NCBI GenBank assembly: GCA_000934665.2
Contig: JYFJ02000983.1
Location: forward strand, 62,001 to 102,585
Origin: Catajapyx aquilonaris
Lineage: Eukaryota
Direction of reading: 5' to 3'
DNA: 40,585 nt
Shown here: positions 12,408 through 24,083 of the stretch, in pieces
Layout of the letters: each line of letters begins with the position of its first letter
Position numbering within the stretch: position 1 is the first letter of the stretch
Notes under the pieces: generated by a model
Database searches by the model: none
The model's input: the letters and a program-made list of their open reading frames with translations, nothing else
What the model was told of the DNA's origin: nothing
Translations under genes and position numbers: made by a program

Positions 12408-12511
12408 GGTGGAATTTTCGTCTCACTGGTAGTCACTGCTACTTATCAGTACCATTGCCAACACTGGTACTACTAAGTTAGCAGTGACTATCAGTGGGAC
12501 GAAAATTCCAC
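12408..12511. repeat. Short fold-back (hairpin) element, probable MITE
   Basis: ggtggaattttcgtctcactggtagtcactgcta is the inverted repeat of tagcagtgactatcagtgggacgaaaattccacc. Confidence 0.6.
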
Positions 12512-13075
12512 CCAAAGCTTTTACTGCACCAACTGCATGTCAATGAGTGGGAGGGGATATGGTGAAGGCATTGTCCCACTTTTTGAGTCTGGACAACTGG
12601 GATGGACATTAAGGTTTTTCTCCTTAAAATTGCAGAGTTGAGGGTAACACTTGACTAGGGAAGTGGACAACATGATGCAAATCACAAATTAACAATGGCA
12701 ATTTTACCCTGGGCATTTCCGTACACCAAACTAGTGCAGTCGGTGCAGAAGGTGAATCAAGCCCATACCTGGACAATAATGTCTGAGTGGTTTTGGTGTT
12801 GTCATGAGGATGCACCACTGATTTAGACTTAGGCTCAGCATTCCACTAAACATAACTATGATTGTACAAGGCTAATTCTTTTGTGAATCTAGTCCCAGGT
12901 GTCAAGACACTTATTACACAGGCAGATGTTATAGACAGGTTAGGATTGACCTAAAGTCAATGTTCCCTTTACACTGTGCAGGACAGTATAATTCAGTTGA
13001 GCTACAGTTGGAAACACTGGCTTGACTCCTTGTATTATAGGGTCTGTTTGCCTAAAAGGTAATATTTTCATTATG

Positions 13076-13212
13076 CAGGTGACTCCAGATAAAATAGACT
13101 CTCAGTTACAGCAGTCTCGAAAGAATGGTCCCTGCATACTTCCTTTGTATTTGGCTGTAACAGCCCTCGGTTTCTGCCATACCTTGCAGTCTGTCATATC
13201 CAGAGTCTACTG
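13076..13212. mobile_element. Degraded pogo/Tigger-like MITE, same family as 13878-13961
   Basis: Ends caggtgactccagata and tatccagagtctactg|TA. Shares internal tggtccctg and taacagccctcgg words with the 13878 copy. Confidence 0.55.
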
Positions 13213-16200
13213 TATGTATTTCCACCTATGACATTTCTGCCCTGTTTGTGCTATTGATGCACCTAGATCAGTCTTGGAAGGAGATTCCGTCCTTTTCTTG
13301 CATTCACACATATACACCTTACTGCTTCCTGCGTGGGCCTGCACATGAAGGATAAATTCAGGCCACTGTGGGAATCTCGCCCTGCAAGTGGGACATATGT
13401 GCAATTCCCTTTGGTGTACATCTCTACAGTGAGAAATAAGATGCTCGTTGCTCTCAAACACTTTTAGGCAGAACTTGCACTGGTGGAGTAAGCCTTGCGC
13501 AAAAGGCTTCCCATACATTTTGAACTGGGACATGGTGAAGTAGATGCGGCAGGGGTTAGGCTCACCCAGGTTGGGCTTGGGGGCTGCTGGTTGGGCAGAA
13601 CCCATGCTGAAAATATAAGGAACTGTTACAGCACTACATAAAACATGAGGAGGGGTACTATAGCATCTTTGGCATTCGAGCAGTTAACTCAATTGCCATG
13701 ATACTCAGCCATACCAAGGCTTACTTAATGAATGGTCAAGTGAACTTTTCAGTCAGCTGTCTCACGCTTGGGGTAAGCAATTCTGTCAAATGTAATGCAT
13801 CGGTCAATTTTTTTTTAAAGAAAGAAATCCCATTTTGTGACTGGAAAGCCCTTGTAAACCATAGAACAATAATTATACAGTTAACTCCGGATATAACAGC
13901 CTCGGCTATAACAGACTGATTTCTGTGGTCCCTGTAAGTCTCTTTTATCCGGAGTCTACTGTAATATAAAATGTGGATCCCGCTCCTAAGAATACATAAG
14001 CTTCTACAAGCGATTTTAATATTAATATATTTATTATTATTATTACCATTAATAAATTATACATTTTTACATGCATACTTTGCTCCTGACAACTAACCTG
14101 GATGTTGGCTGAATTGCTCGTGCCTTAACTGAGGTGGAATTTGAGAGATTTGTATGACAAAGGTCTTGTGGCTTGCTATGACTTGGTGGCTTCGGAGCGA
14201 TTTTGGGATAACTCTTCAAGCGCTTGTGGTACTTGGGCAGTTTTGGCTTGCATGGATGTTTTTTGGCCATGATTGGCTTTCCTTTTCCCTCACACATGTA
14301 TACTCTCCCCTTTCCCTGGTGGGTTTGTACATGAGTAATGAAATGGCACCACTGCCTGAAGCTTATCAAGCACATGGGGCACTCATATGTCGTGGGATAG
14401 TGACAATGTACCACGTTGCAATGATCCTGGACATCAGCATCTGATGTATATAATTCAAGGCAGTATTTGCACTGACGGAGTTTTCCAGTGGCAAACTCTT
14501 TACCAAAAGTCATGAGCTGATCCATGGTCAAGTAGATTCGATGCATGCTTGGTTCTGCTAAAATTGGCTGCAAGTAAATACATTATCTTATTTAGAACCA
14601 CAGGCCTGATCGTGTAATTGTATTGCATTGTTTTGTAATTTATTCTGTACAAAATGACTTGACTATATCATCAAATTTTTTCTTCTTCACAAGCTCTGGT
14701 CAATAAATTACAGTTTATAAAATACACCCCAGTTATTAAATACAGCAACAAGACACTAAAATATAACTCCCTCTAACCCCATGTTATATGTCCATGCTGC
14801 TACTTACTCTCTGGTCAGGATGCACCTTCATCATATGCTGATCCAGATCCAACTTCGTCCGAAATAACTTGCTGCACTTCTCACAAAAATTTATTCTTGT
14901 CAGCACAATGGATAAATGCCTCAAAACGACCTGAAATGCATTAATTCCGTTAGCTGAATTATCTTCTTGCGCCAATAATACAGTCACAGTGTTTTCTTCA
15001 CATATTTTCTCAAAATTGCAGTATGGCACATATGGCCCCAGTTATGGGCACAATAACTTCACAAAATGAAAAATAAATATTGACATAGTCATGCCTCTAA
15101 ATAGTAAAGTCAGTACCAATTAGCGCAAATGGCATTTCACAATCAATCTGTTAGCAAAGATGTGGTAACTGGTAATTAAATTAATAATGCCAGATGAGGC
15201 TCACTAACAGGTCAACAACTAGTAATTCAATAAGGCAACACAAACTTACCCCTTGCACAACGTAATGGGATGAATTGTAATGTGTGATGACATGTTCATC
15301 TTTCTGAAAGAAGAAAACATCCTGCATAGTGTGGTAATATATTCATTTTTACGAACTCATTTTCAAGGATTTTGTTAACATTAGTAGTTCCCTTTTATTT
15401 ATCTAATGCCTGACTATTTAAGACTGGACACCATTTCATACTTCAATCTGGTTTCACTTCAGAAAAAAATACCACTTCCTTGAAAAACTGCAGTACAACT
15501 TACATCATTCCTTCCTAGGCCAGCACTTGTGAAGCTGTCATGATTGTGTGTGAAATCCTCCTCACACTGATATTCCATTTCTTGATCAAGATATTCACTT
15601 GAATCCTTCATATTGTGTTCAGAATCAGAGTATTCAGCTACATCATCTTCTTCCTCACCATCCTCCAACCAGTATGATGGGTCCAACTATGAGAACAAAA
15701 ATTATTATTATTATTATCATTCTGCACACTTTACTCTGGGAGTAAGGAATCCTTGGATTTCAAGATTTCTTCTCTACTCACTCTATTGGATTTCTACATG
15801 GAAGTGGTAATGCTTATGTACAGTAGGCCTATTATCTTTCATTTAATTTTTCCTCCACCCACCTGGATCACCATATCCTGAACATCGTGCTCTGATGCAT
15901 CTGATAATGTTTCCAGGTATTCTTCTTCGGGTTCTTCCTTGACGCATGAGCCAAGCCACTTTGATGTCTCAGCATATTTTCTTGCCACTGCCACACCCTC
16001 TTCCATCACAGCAGATGCTTTTGTCTGAAATAAAATAGGAACTTTGAGAAGAGTGATGGGAAGCAAATGCTTTGTTGTTTGGGGCCACGTTTACATGTGA
16101 GCGATTTGATCAGCGATGTGCACTGAGGAAATCAATTGTTTGGGAACGACACGCTATTGCTACTTTTGCCACAAACAATTGGTTCGCTCACAAGTGGCCT

Positions 16201-16659
16201 ATAACATGATGCAGTCAACAATTTCTTGTGTGATATTGTTGTGCTTTGCAAAATCAATCCTCATATCCACTGATAACTGACAGAAATGCACAGGTACGGC
16301 CATTGTGGATGTTGTGACTGTCTTGTAATTACAGCTGATATTCTTCTTAAAATTTCGAAAATATGAAGTAGTTACATGCACTCTTCAAGCCGCAGGATTC
16401 TGTCCCTAATGGATAGATTAAGGCTGGGTTGCACTGGCTCCCGGAAAATATGCCTGGCTCTTTTTCGACCAGATAAATTTTCCAGGAGCTGGTGCAATCT
16501 GGCCTAAGTACGGCTCATTAAAATGAGCTATTTATTAATGAGACTGCTCAGTGACTGGAGTAAAATTGCACTTACACTCTCTTCTACCTGTGCATTCCTT
16601 TCCATCTTAATGGAATGTCCACGTACACTCCTCAGCTCCTGATATTCTTCCATTTGCAT
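13207..16659 (-). CDS. C2H2 zinc-finger protein with an acidic N-terminus, one single finger and two duplicated two-finger modules (about 491 aa if 13207 is the true stop)
   Basis: Minus-strand exons 16659-16576, 16024-15863, 15686-15504, 15303-15250, 14930-14808, 14567-14098 and 13606-13207 join by GT-AG introns in phases 0,0,0,0,0,2. Fingers: CEKC...HMMKVH; CKYC...HCNVVH/CPMC...HVQTH; CKFC...HCRDVH/CPTC...HVQAH. VKEEPEEE motif present. UTR acceptor at 16751 and an upstream donor near 17079. The start codon and last exon are less certain. Confidence 0.8.
13878..13961. mobile_element. Small pogo/Tigger-like MITE with TA flanks in the zinc-finger gene intron
   Basis: TA|cagttaactccggata ... 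tatccggagtctactg|TA. Confidence 0.65.
16422..16504. mobile_element. PIF/Harbinger-like MITE with TAA target duplication, family shared with 37883-38025
   Basis: TAA|ggctgggttgcactggctcccggaaaat ... attttccaggagctggtgcaatctggcc|TAA. Confidence 0.65.
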
Positions 16660-17079
16660 TGATGATGATTCCCTTGGAGAATCAGCAGCCCATTCACATT
16701 CGACATCTTGCCCACATTTGAGTAGTGCTGATCACAATATTGCTTTACCCCTGGAAGAATAAGAAGAAAAAAAAATCAGTTAATCTACTGTCATGCGACC
16801 AAGTCATTGTCCGTGCCATTACTTTGCAATGTGAATTGTTTGGAATATTTTTATTGCACCCTTTTTAGGGCATACGGTAGCTCTGTCCACTGGCTAAGAA
16901 TTCTATTACTTTCCCCCGACGTACCCCTTACCACAGACCACAGGTGTTGTGTATGGAAAAGACAGGCAACGCATCATTCACTGTGTGTGTGTCGCACATT
17001 TGGACATACCTCCTGGTGGTCTACTAGGCCGCCAATATTCGTTCAAGTGACAGAAATTGAGCCCCGCGGACGGACTCAC

Positions 17080-17614
17080 ACCCAATTATTTGCACTTATC
17101 CCTGGAAAACAATTATTATTGTTACGCACACGGTTGCGTCCAAAAGTGATGCAAGGCTCGAATCACAAATCAACATTTACGAATGTAATCGAGTCATGCA
17201 ATTTCATTGCGCATGGTTGAAGTGATTTAATAAATTGTAATTTTAAAAAATTGGTGCATGTGGATGGGACGTATCCGAATATTATAACTTAATTATATAT
17301 TAGCTACTATTTTGTAATCTTAGCTGTCTGGTAGAATGGCAGGCAACTAGCATGATTTTCAAGATGATTTCAAACTGCTGACTGCATATTGAAATTTGTG
17401 ACGTCAATCGTTTTGACACCCTATCATCCGAAGTTAAGTTCCATGGTTTAAATGTGACATATAATAAGCAGCTTCCTGCACTGTTGAGAACTGCTAATTA
17501 ATCGGAAAAGGAGCGGCTACGCGTCATTCGGCCCGACTGGCGTCATCAAAGATGTCTCCCTGCAAGTGGACTCTTTGAGCGTGTTGTGGACTGTTCTGTC
17601 TTCGGGAGGGGAAA
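17080..17614. promoter_or_regulatory. Putative bidirectional promoter between the zinc-finger gene and the NOL7-like gene
   Basis: About 0.5 kb separates the minus-strand upstream donor (about 17079) from the plus-strand ATG at 17615. CpG is locally raised, and a perfect CRE palindrome TGACGTCA lies at 17399-17406. Confidence 0.55.
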
Positions 17615-20230
17615 ATGAGCCGAGAAAACGCAGACAGCGGCTTGGAAAACGGTGGGTATTGCCTTGCACTTTAAAAACCCTATCCTGCAACGTAATTATG
17701 TTTCTGACAAAAATGTGCATGCTTCCCAATACACTGTTTATGGCATGGTAAGTGGAGAACAATAACTGTTGTGAATCATCAGAATGAATATTGATGCTCT
17801 TGGATGTTGCAGAATCATTTCGCAGTTCTTCAGAAGGGTACGATTCGTCTTCCGAGCCTGAGGAAGTGAGCTTTCAGAATGGCTTAGCCCAGGCCAGGGC
17901 AGCCAGGGAGGAGGTTTCAGCTGCCATTCGGGGGCAGCAGAAGAAACAGAAGGAGCAGCGGAAGCAATGGGAGGAGAGGCTGCAGGACCAACGGGAGGAA
18001 AAGGTGGGGGACGTCCACAGGTCGCGTGATTCTGCCTCTCGCCATGGCATTGCGTGGTGCTGGATTTTAAAAGGCTTGCAATCACATTTGACATAGCTTA
18101 TGGTAATAGCTGTGTTTACATGAGAGCGATTTATAAGCGATGTTGCAGCAATGTACATGACTGAACAATGAGACCATTTGTTTGGGGTGAAAATATATTG
18201 TTACCGCCATTGTTACTTTCACTCAGTGATTTATATTGCTGCAACATCGCTGATAAATCGCTCTCATGTAAACACGGCTTGATATATGGCCAAGTGTAGA
18301 TAGAATTAGAACTGCAAATAAGAGGGCAAATTAATAAGTAATGCACAATGATTTATTTTGAGCCAATTTTAATGTCAATAACAAAATAATGTTTCAGAGG
18401 CGACAGCAAGTAACAATCTTTGGCTATTTTTCAACATGTGAATCGTTTCTGTTGAAGCATTTGTCCCACCATGGCACAAGGTTTAAAGATGCCACAATTT
18501 TAGATCTCCATTTTTTGCCACGAGGACTTTTTTTCAAGGGGTAAAGAGGCGAAAGTCGCACGGCGTAAGGTCAGGTCTGTACACATCTGCATGAGGGAGC
18601 CCCCTAGTGCATCAAAAGATAACGATTTAACAAAGATGGTGAATGTGTTAGCATGATCCATGCTTATTGAGCAATAAGCTGCTGTGCGGTTTTTGTGGTC
18701 GAAAGGCAAAAATACCCACCCAAATTCACATGGACGTGACAGAAGTGTATGGGAACACGTGCACGTTCGTGCATATGTGTACAAACCTAACCTTACGTCG
18801 AGCAACTTTCGTCTCTCTGCCGCCTTGAAAAAAAGGCCTTACGGCAAAAAATGCAGCTCTAAAATCATGGTATCTTTAACCTTGTGCCAGGGTGGGACAA
18901 ATGCATCAACAGAAACGGTTCATATGTTGAAAAATAGCCAAAGAATGTTCCTTGCTCTCACCTATAAAACATCTGTTATAGACATTGAACTTGGCTCAAA
19001 AAAAATTATTGTGTGTTACTTATTGATGTGCTCTTGTATGTTGGGATACTGAGTCATAATTTAAAGAATTATCAAATATTTTTTTTTACCTGTAAGTGAG
19101 CAATATGGCATAGAGAGTACTTGTCATGTAATAGGTTACTGCAGTGATGCATTTACTTTTTCTTGCATACGTATCATGAGAGTTGTTTTCCAAGCACTTC
19201 CAGTTTCTTCAGCTTTGCAAGGAATGACTCTGAAGTGTGAACATGCGTATTATGAAGGATATTTTAAATTTTGTACTTTTAAAAATTACAAGAAAACAAC
19301 ATTGCCTTTCTCAGGAAGAGAATTGCAATTTCTGATGAAGAATTAAGACAAATTATCTATTTTCTGCTGTGTGTGGTAAGGATTAAAAGATGCACTTTCT
19401 TACAAACGATGCCCTATGGGGGGTTAACTTGCGTCTCCCTTCATCACTGACTACCCCTTACTTACTACTTGTGATGGCGTTGTTGTTGTTGTTGATACCC
19501 TATTAATTTTTCTTCAGAAGCGCCGCTTGCAAGAATTGCAAGGAAAGCGCCTACCAGATGAAATTCTCAACAAAGTGGCTCCTGTGGCAGGAGACCCAGG
19601 TGGGTCTGCTTCTAATAAAATGGAAAAGAAAAGTGAGGATGGCGAAGGGGAGGATGAGGATGAAGACAGTGATGGAGAAGATATGAGTGAACCACCTCTG
19701 CCTAAGATTCCCAAGCGTTTTGCTGTGATGACTCCAGACGACATTACCAAGACAAGTCAAAGCAGGATGGAGAAATGCAAAGCTCTTAAAGAGAGCCACT
19801 TCTTCCGCCCAGAGCTGCACAGGGTGTCAGGTGAGCTGATTCTAATGATGGATACCATTACGTCCTAAAGCTCTTCTATTGAGCTACAGTAGTTTGATTT
19901 TAAAAATTTCACCCTCTACACATGTCGCTATGTATTCCATACGTGATAACATGAGGTGTAGGTACACAACTTGTAGTCATATCCAGCGTATACGTATAAG
20001 GAGGTTTATGAGACATAAAATGTGTGCATGTGTAAAGGATAATTACAGGTATCTCAATAACACTTTTAATTGGGTGCACATTAAAACACTGGAATGCGAA
20101 ATTATTTTGTAATAGTCCTACTCTCTTGAATTTACACACCAATGACTCTTATTTTTCAGGGACAAAAGCCAAGGCCATTCAAGCTAAACGGAAAGCCTCA
20201 GGAAAGAATGTCTTTGCATCTGCACGTTGA
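17615..20230 (+). CDS. NOL7: Nucleolar protein 7-like (U3 snoRNA-associated, Bud21/UTP16-type), 4 exons, about 203 aa
   Basis: Exons 17615-17651, 17813-18003, 19518-19830 and 20160-20230 join in phases 1, 0, 1. Motifs EPEEVSFQNGLAQARAAREE, a basic coiled coil KKQKEQRKQWEERLQDQ, KRLPDEILNKV and HFFRPELHR resemble NOL7 (PEELTF...LPDTILEKL) as I recall it. Confidence 0.7.
18108..18279. mobile_element. Harbinger-like MITE in NOL7 intron 2; related degraded copy at about 16082-16200
   Basis: agctgtgtttacatgagagcgatttataagcgatgttgcagcaat is the inverted repeat of attgctgcaacatcgctgataaatcgctctcatgtaaacacggct. Confidence 0.7.
18321..19036 (+). mobile_element. Internally deleted mariner element in NOL7 intron 2
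   Basis: Imperfect TIRs (agagggcaaattaataagtaatgcacaat...ttttgagccaa and ttggctcaaaa...ttattgtgtgttacttattgatgtgctcttg|TA). N-terminal remnant EQ*AAVRFLWSKG...IHMDVTEVYG is joined to C-terminal remnants YKPNLTSSNFRLSAALK and GIFNLVPGWDKCINRNGSYVEK*. Confidence 0.75.
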
Positions 20231-20789
20231 AAAAATGTCCCTAAAATTGATGACTTCGCTGTACTTTATTTAATAATAGAACAAATACATACTTTGGCCT
20301 TTTTATTGTTGTTGTTCAGTATTAGCAGTCTGGTCGACACAATTCATATAACAAATGTGAACAGATCTTGTTTCTGCATCAACCCCGTCATTTGTCATTA
20401 CAAAAATTCATCTATGCCGAGTTGCCACGTTAATGGTGAACTGAAGGGAATGTCTGGGCAACAGGATGAGGGATTTTAATCTTTGATGGCTTTGACCTCA
20501 ATGGGGTGGGTTATATTTTGTCACAAGTTATGCACCTGGAGAAGGTATACTGGGAAACCCGCACATTCTTTTTGAATCGGAATTCAAATTTATTTTTTTC
20601 CTTAAGATTTTACTGCCTGTGAGAACCTATAAAACCTGCAAACCTCCATGGTAAAAAAAAAAAGTATTGGGATTCTTTTAATTATTATCGCCCCCAGATG
20701 TTGGTATTTTTGTGTAGCTGTTTGCACCCCAATCGAAGTGCCCAACTATTCTTAGGTGTGATGAGCAGGTGCATCATAAATGGGCAGAT

Positions 20790-21210
20790 CAGTAGGTGTG
20801 CTAAAATCTACACAAAAACAGTCAGAGAGATCAGTTCAGTTCAGAACAATAAGACAGTACAGTGACAGTAATCTTTGAAGCAGCAGTAGAGTCAGTTGTT
20901 GAAGAAGTCCGCAGACAGCAGACCTAGAACCAGTGGGTCCAGCAACAACCCAGAAGACCGGTAAGCTGAACCTGCGATGCTGATCCCATGGAGGGGAGGT
21001 GGCGTCGGCGGAGTCCACCGAGTCGTACCACTAAGGGACCACAGCAGACCAAGTCCAGATGGAGGGTACGTGTACATCAGTAGCGGTGAGACATCGGTGG
21101 GACTCCCAGTGTACATTAGTACAAACCTGTTCAATAAACTGAGAACGTTCTTGGAGCCTATGAATGTGTTTCTATCCCTGATCACCATCCCATATGTTTA
21201 TCACGTGACA
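20790..21210 (+). mobile_element. Possible solo LTR-like insertion; 5' boundary unclear
   Basis: Compositionally distinct block rich in cagt words, with an internal AATAAA (about 21133) and an LTR-like 3' end ...tcacgtgaCA. No target duplication could be confirmed. Confidence 0.3.
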
Positions 21211-21541
21211 GATCCTATATAGGTACAGGGGTGGAGGCAGCTCGGCTCTGTCCATAACCAGGTGGAAACACTCGTCCGTAAATTCTACGGTAGAGGCGCT
21301 TTGCCCCCGTATTACAGATAACGCCCCATACGTAACATGATAGACATCCATGTTTGTAATTTGGGCAGAGTTTCCCCTACTTGTGACAATATAACTTCAT
21401 TGCTATTTTATGTGCCATTCATAACTTATATTTTTAGTGCTCTTCTCATATGACGCAGTCCATATCACAGCACTTGGTAGTGGACATGGGTATGCAAAAC
21501 GACCCAGAATAATCTACTTCAGTTGCTCATAACCCGTAGTC

Positions 21542-22212
21542 ATGATCATTCCAGGTTCATTATTGCTTACTGCCACTCTCTGTATGACGTTGGATGTACT
21601 TTCTTTGCCATATACAGAAGGTAAGTTTGGAATCCAAAATAGCCTCATTGGAGGACCCAATAATTACTGGGTAGTAATTAATATCAATTTCATACTTATA
21701 TAATAATTGCACATCTTTTGTGGCATTCAGTAATGACATGATGTAACTGGTTCTTCACAATGATAATAATCTACTTGTAAGCAGCATTTAGGCTAGATAG
21801 TATACCATCGATGATCATGCAAAACCTCGTATCTTCAGCAAAAACCAATCGGAGATACGAGGTTTTGCATGATCACCGACGATACAACATGATTGTGTAC
21901 ACCTTGTTAAATTGAGCAGGTGCCACATCTTGTGATACACCTGGAAGGGGAACAGTACCCATTGGAGAGAAGTGGAAAGTTGATGATGACTGCGCCCAGT
22001 TCACTTGCCTTCCTGATGGATCATTAGGAATGCTAGGGCAAGCATATTACTGAAGAAATTATGTATTCTATACCGAATTCAATTTATTAGTATATCCCTC
22101 CATTACTTGCAGATGTGCACCCATGATGCTACCCCCGGGATGTGAATTTATAGTTGAGGATAACATTGCAACATACCCAGAATGTTGCCCCCACAAGACA
22201 ACATGCTCTTAA
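21542..22212 (+). CDS. Secreted single-domain von Willebrand factor type C (SVWC, Vago-like) protein, 3 exons, 98 aa
   Basis: Exons 21542-21620 (signal peptide, GTAAGT donor), 21920-22037 (GCAAGC donor) and 22113-22212. Protein: MIIPGSLLLTATLCMTLDVLSLPYTEGATSCDTPGRGTVPIGEKWKVDDDCAQFTCLPDGSLGMLGCAPMMLPPGCEFIVEDNIATYPECCPHKTTCS*. It has eight mature Cys with the GExW..CxxxxC and YPxCCP motifs. AATAAA at 22255. Confidence 0.88.
21807..21883. repeat. Palindromic hairpin element in SVWC intron 1
   Basis: tgatcatgcaaaacctcgtatct is a perfect inverted repeat of agatacgaggttttgcatgatca. Confidence 0.65.
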
Positions 22213-23340
22213 TGCAAAGAATGCAATCTTTTTGAACTCTGGTAATCATTATGAAATAAAGTGCTGCATCAACCAGTGTTTTACACACGATTAAATACTA
22301 CATCTTGGCATCCCGAATCACAATTCAAAATGTCATCTAGTGCACTGTAGCTAGTAAGCCAAGCAAGATACACCCTACGTCCATCCCCCCAAAACAAATT
22401 CCGCAATGTGTTCGTAAATAGTGGCCACAAGACAAAAATAATTATCCATGCAGCAAGTTGTATTGGGGAATGTAATCGTGTGTTTCTAGGGCACTAAAAG
22501 ATGAGGTGAAATGGCACTGCCAGAACGAAAGTTGCAGAAGGGAAAGGGTGGAAGGAGGTCAAGGAAGGCGGGAAATGTTCCAAATGAGAGACGCCATGAT
22601 GGCACTGTTCGGTTTGCTGTCAATGTCGCAGTAGTTGTATGACCTAGCATCACTTAAATGTACAGCGATCAATTATTAATTAAGAGAGATTCGCATTGGA
22701 ATGGTTGTTAAATTACGTGATTACTGCATGGGTGTGAAGCCGGAACAGATCGGATGGGACGTGGACCGGAATGCGCCCTGTCCAATAACGCCTTTTTGGA
22801 CGCCTCTTTTTCCCTTGCGCGGTATGGATCAGCAGCTCCTCTAGACGCGGCCCTCGCTCCTGCTTGGGAAAGGAAAGGCCGGCCGCCTTTGCACGGTACG
22901 TCTGGCGAGGCTCTGGGCGCTGCTCGTCGTTGCCTTGGTTCTGCCGCAGGTATATTATTTGCATTGTTGGTTTTTGTGTGGGTTATTGTCTCGATGGCAT
23001 GGCCGCCGGTGCCGCTATGGTCAGATCAAAGAGGCCGCAGTTGTTCACGCCGTACGGACATTTGAGCGGGGCAGTGGTGGGACCTGAGCTGGCCTTGCTC
23101 CTGCTCGTCATCGCCGTACTCATCGCAGTCACCGGGGTCATTGTCTGGAGAACAGGTGAGTCCGGGGAGGACGGACACGGCAGCTGCAGTATGTCAAGAA
23201 GTCACTGCCGGAGTTGAGGTGTGATTACTCTGGTTTTTTGCCTGTTTGAACACTCCCAAAACTAGCAGGACAAGGCGGACGAGCCACTGCTGATCGGTGT
23301 CAACATCTTTTTCGTCGTCTCTTATTAGCGGAGTGCAGCT

Positions 23341-23495
23341 GTGTCGTCCCAAGGAGAAACACCCTACTCCAAAACTCGTCAGGGTGAAGGTCATGTGAAT
23401 GCCCTGCACTAATCCCCCCTGGCCCAGGGAGGATTAGTGCAGGGCATGCAGGCGATCTTCACCATTACATGGAGATATGGTCGGTGGGACGACAG
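23341..23495. mobile_element. Hairpin MITE, family shared with 34749-34917
   Basis: Ends tgtcgtccca and tgggacgaca. The central stem atgccctgcactaatcc...ggattagtgcagggcat is also present in the 34.8 kb copy. Confidence 0.65.
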
Positions 23496-24083
23496 AACTG
23501 TCATCTGTTGAACATTGTCACTTTGACTGCCCATGATTGACCAGTTGGGCTCTGAAAATTCTGCACATTTTTAACAAGTGCAAAAAAAAAAATCTCGGAA
23601 CTGAAAGGCAAGTCCGGAGTGACAGGTTAAAATCAGGAAATATGTCTGCACGTCTTGGAGTCATGCCACCTCAGAAATCCTCATTCAAAATCCCTAGCAA
23701 AACCTTTGTATGTTCGTCACAAGGTATGGAAAATAAAAAACAAAATAAAATAAAAATTAATCCCAAGCCCCACGGAGATTTTCTTCTTCATGTGGGAATA
23801 GTTTCAAAGGGTATTCCATTGCAATCATGGGAATTTTCTCGACTTCTACTCAAAAGCCATCGGAAACACACTGATGAAATGGTATAATTTAAAAGACGAT
23901 TCCTTGAAATGCCACGTAGGTATCGCCAGCAGCAGCAACCAAGGCACATGTGCTGATATTGAAAGTTACGCAGTGTAATTTCCCATGAAAGAGGATTTTG
24001 TCACGTTTCGAAGGTTGAGTTAATTTTGGGTTTTTTCTTACAGTTTGACGTGAAAGCTCACCTGTTTTGTAAGTTGAGCAGCC

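Noticed and set aside
12059..12850. Minus-strand exon-like pieces downstream of the zinc-finger gene
   Set aside because: No convincing in-phase, stop-free chain could be built.
16199..16381. Minus-strand ORF inside the zinc-finger gene intron
   Set aside because: An acceptor is present but there is no in-frame donor before the stop, and the flanking exons already join in phase.
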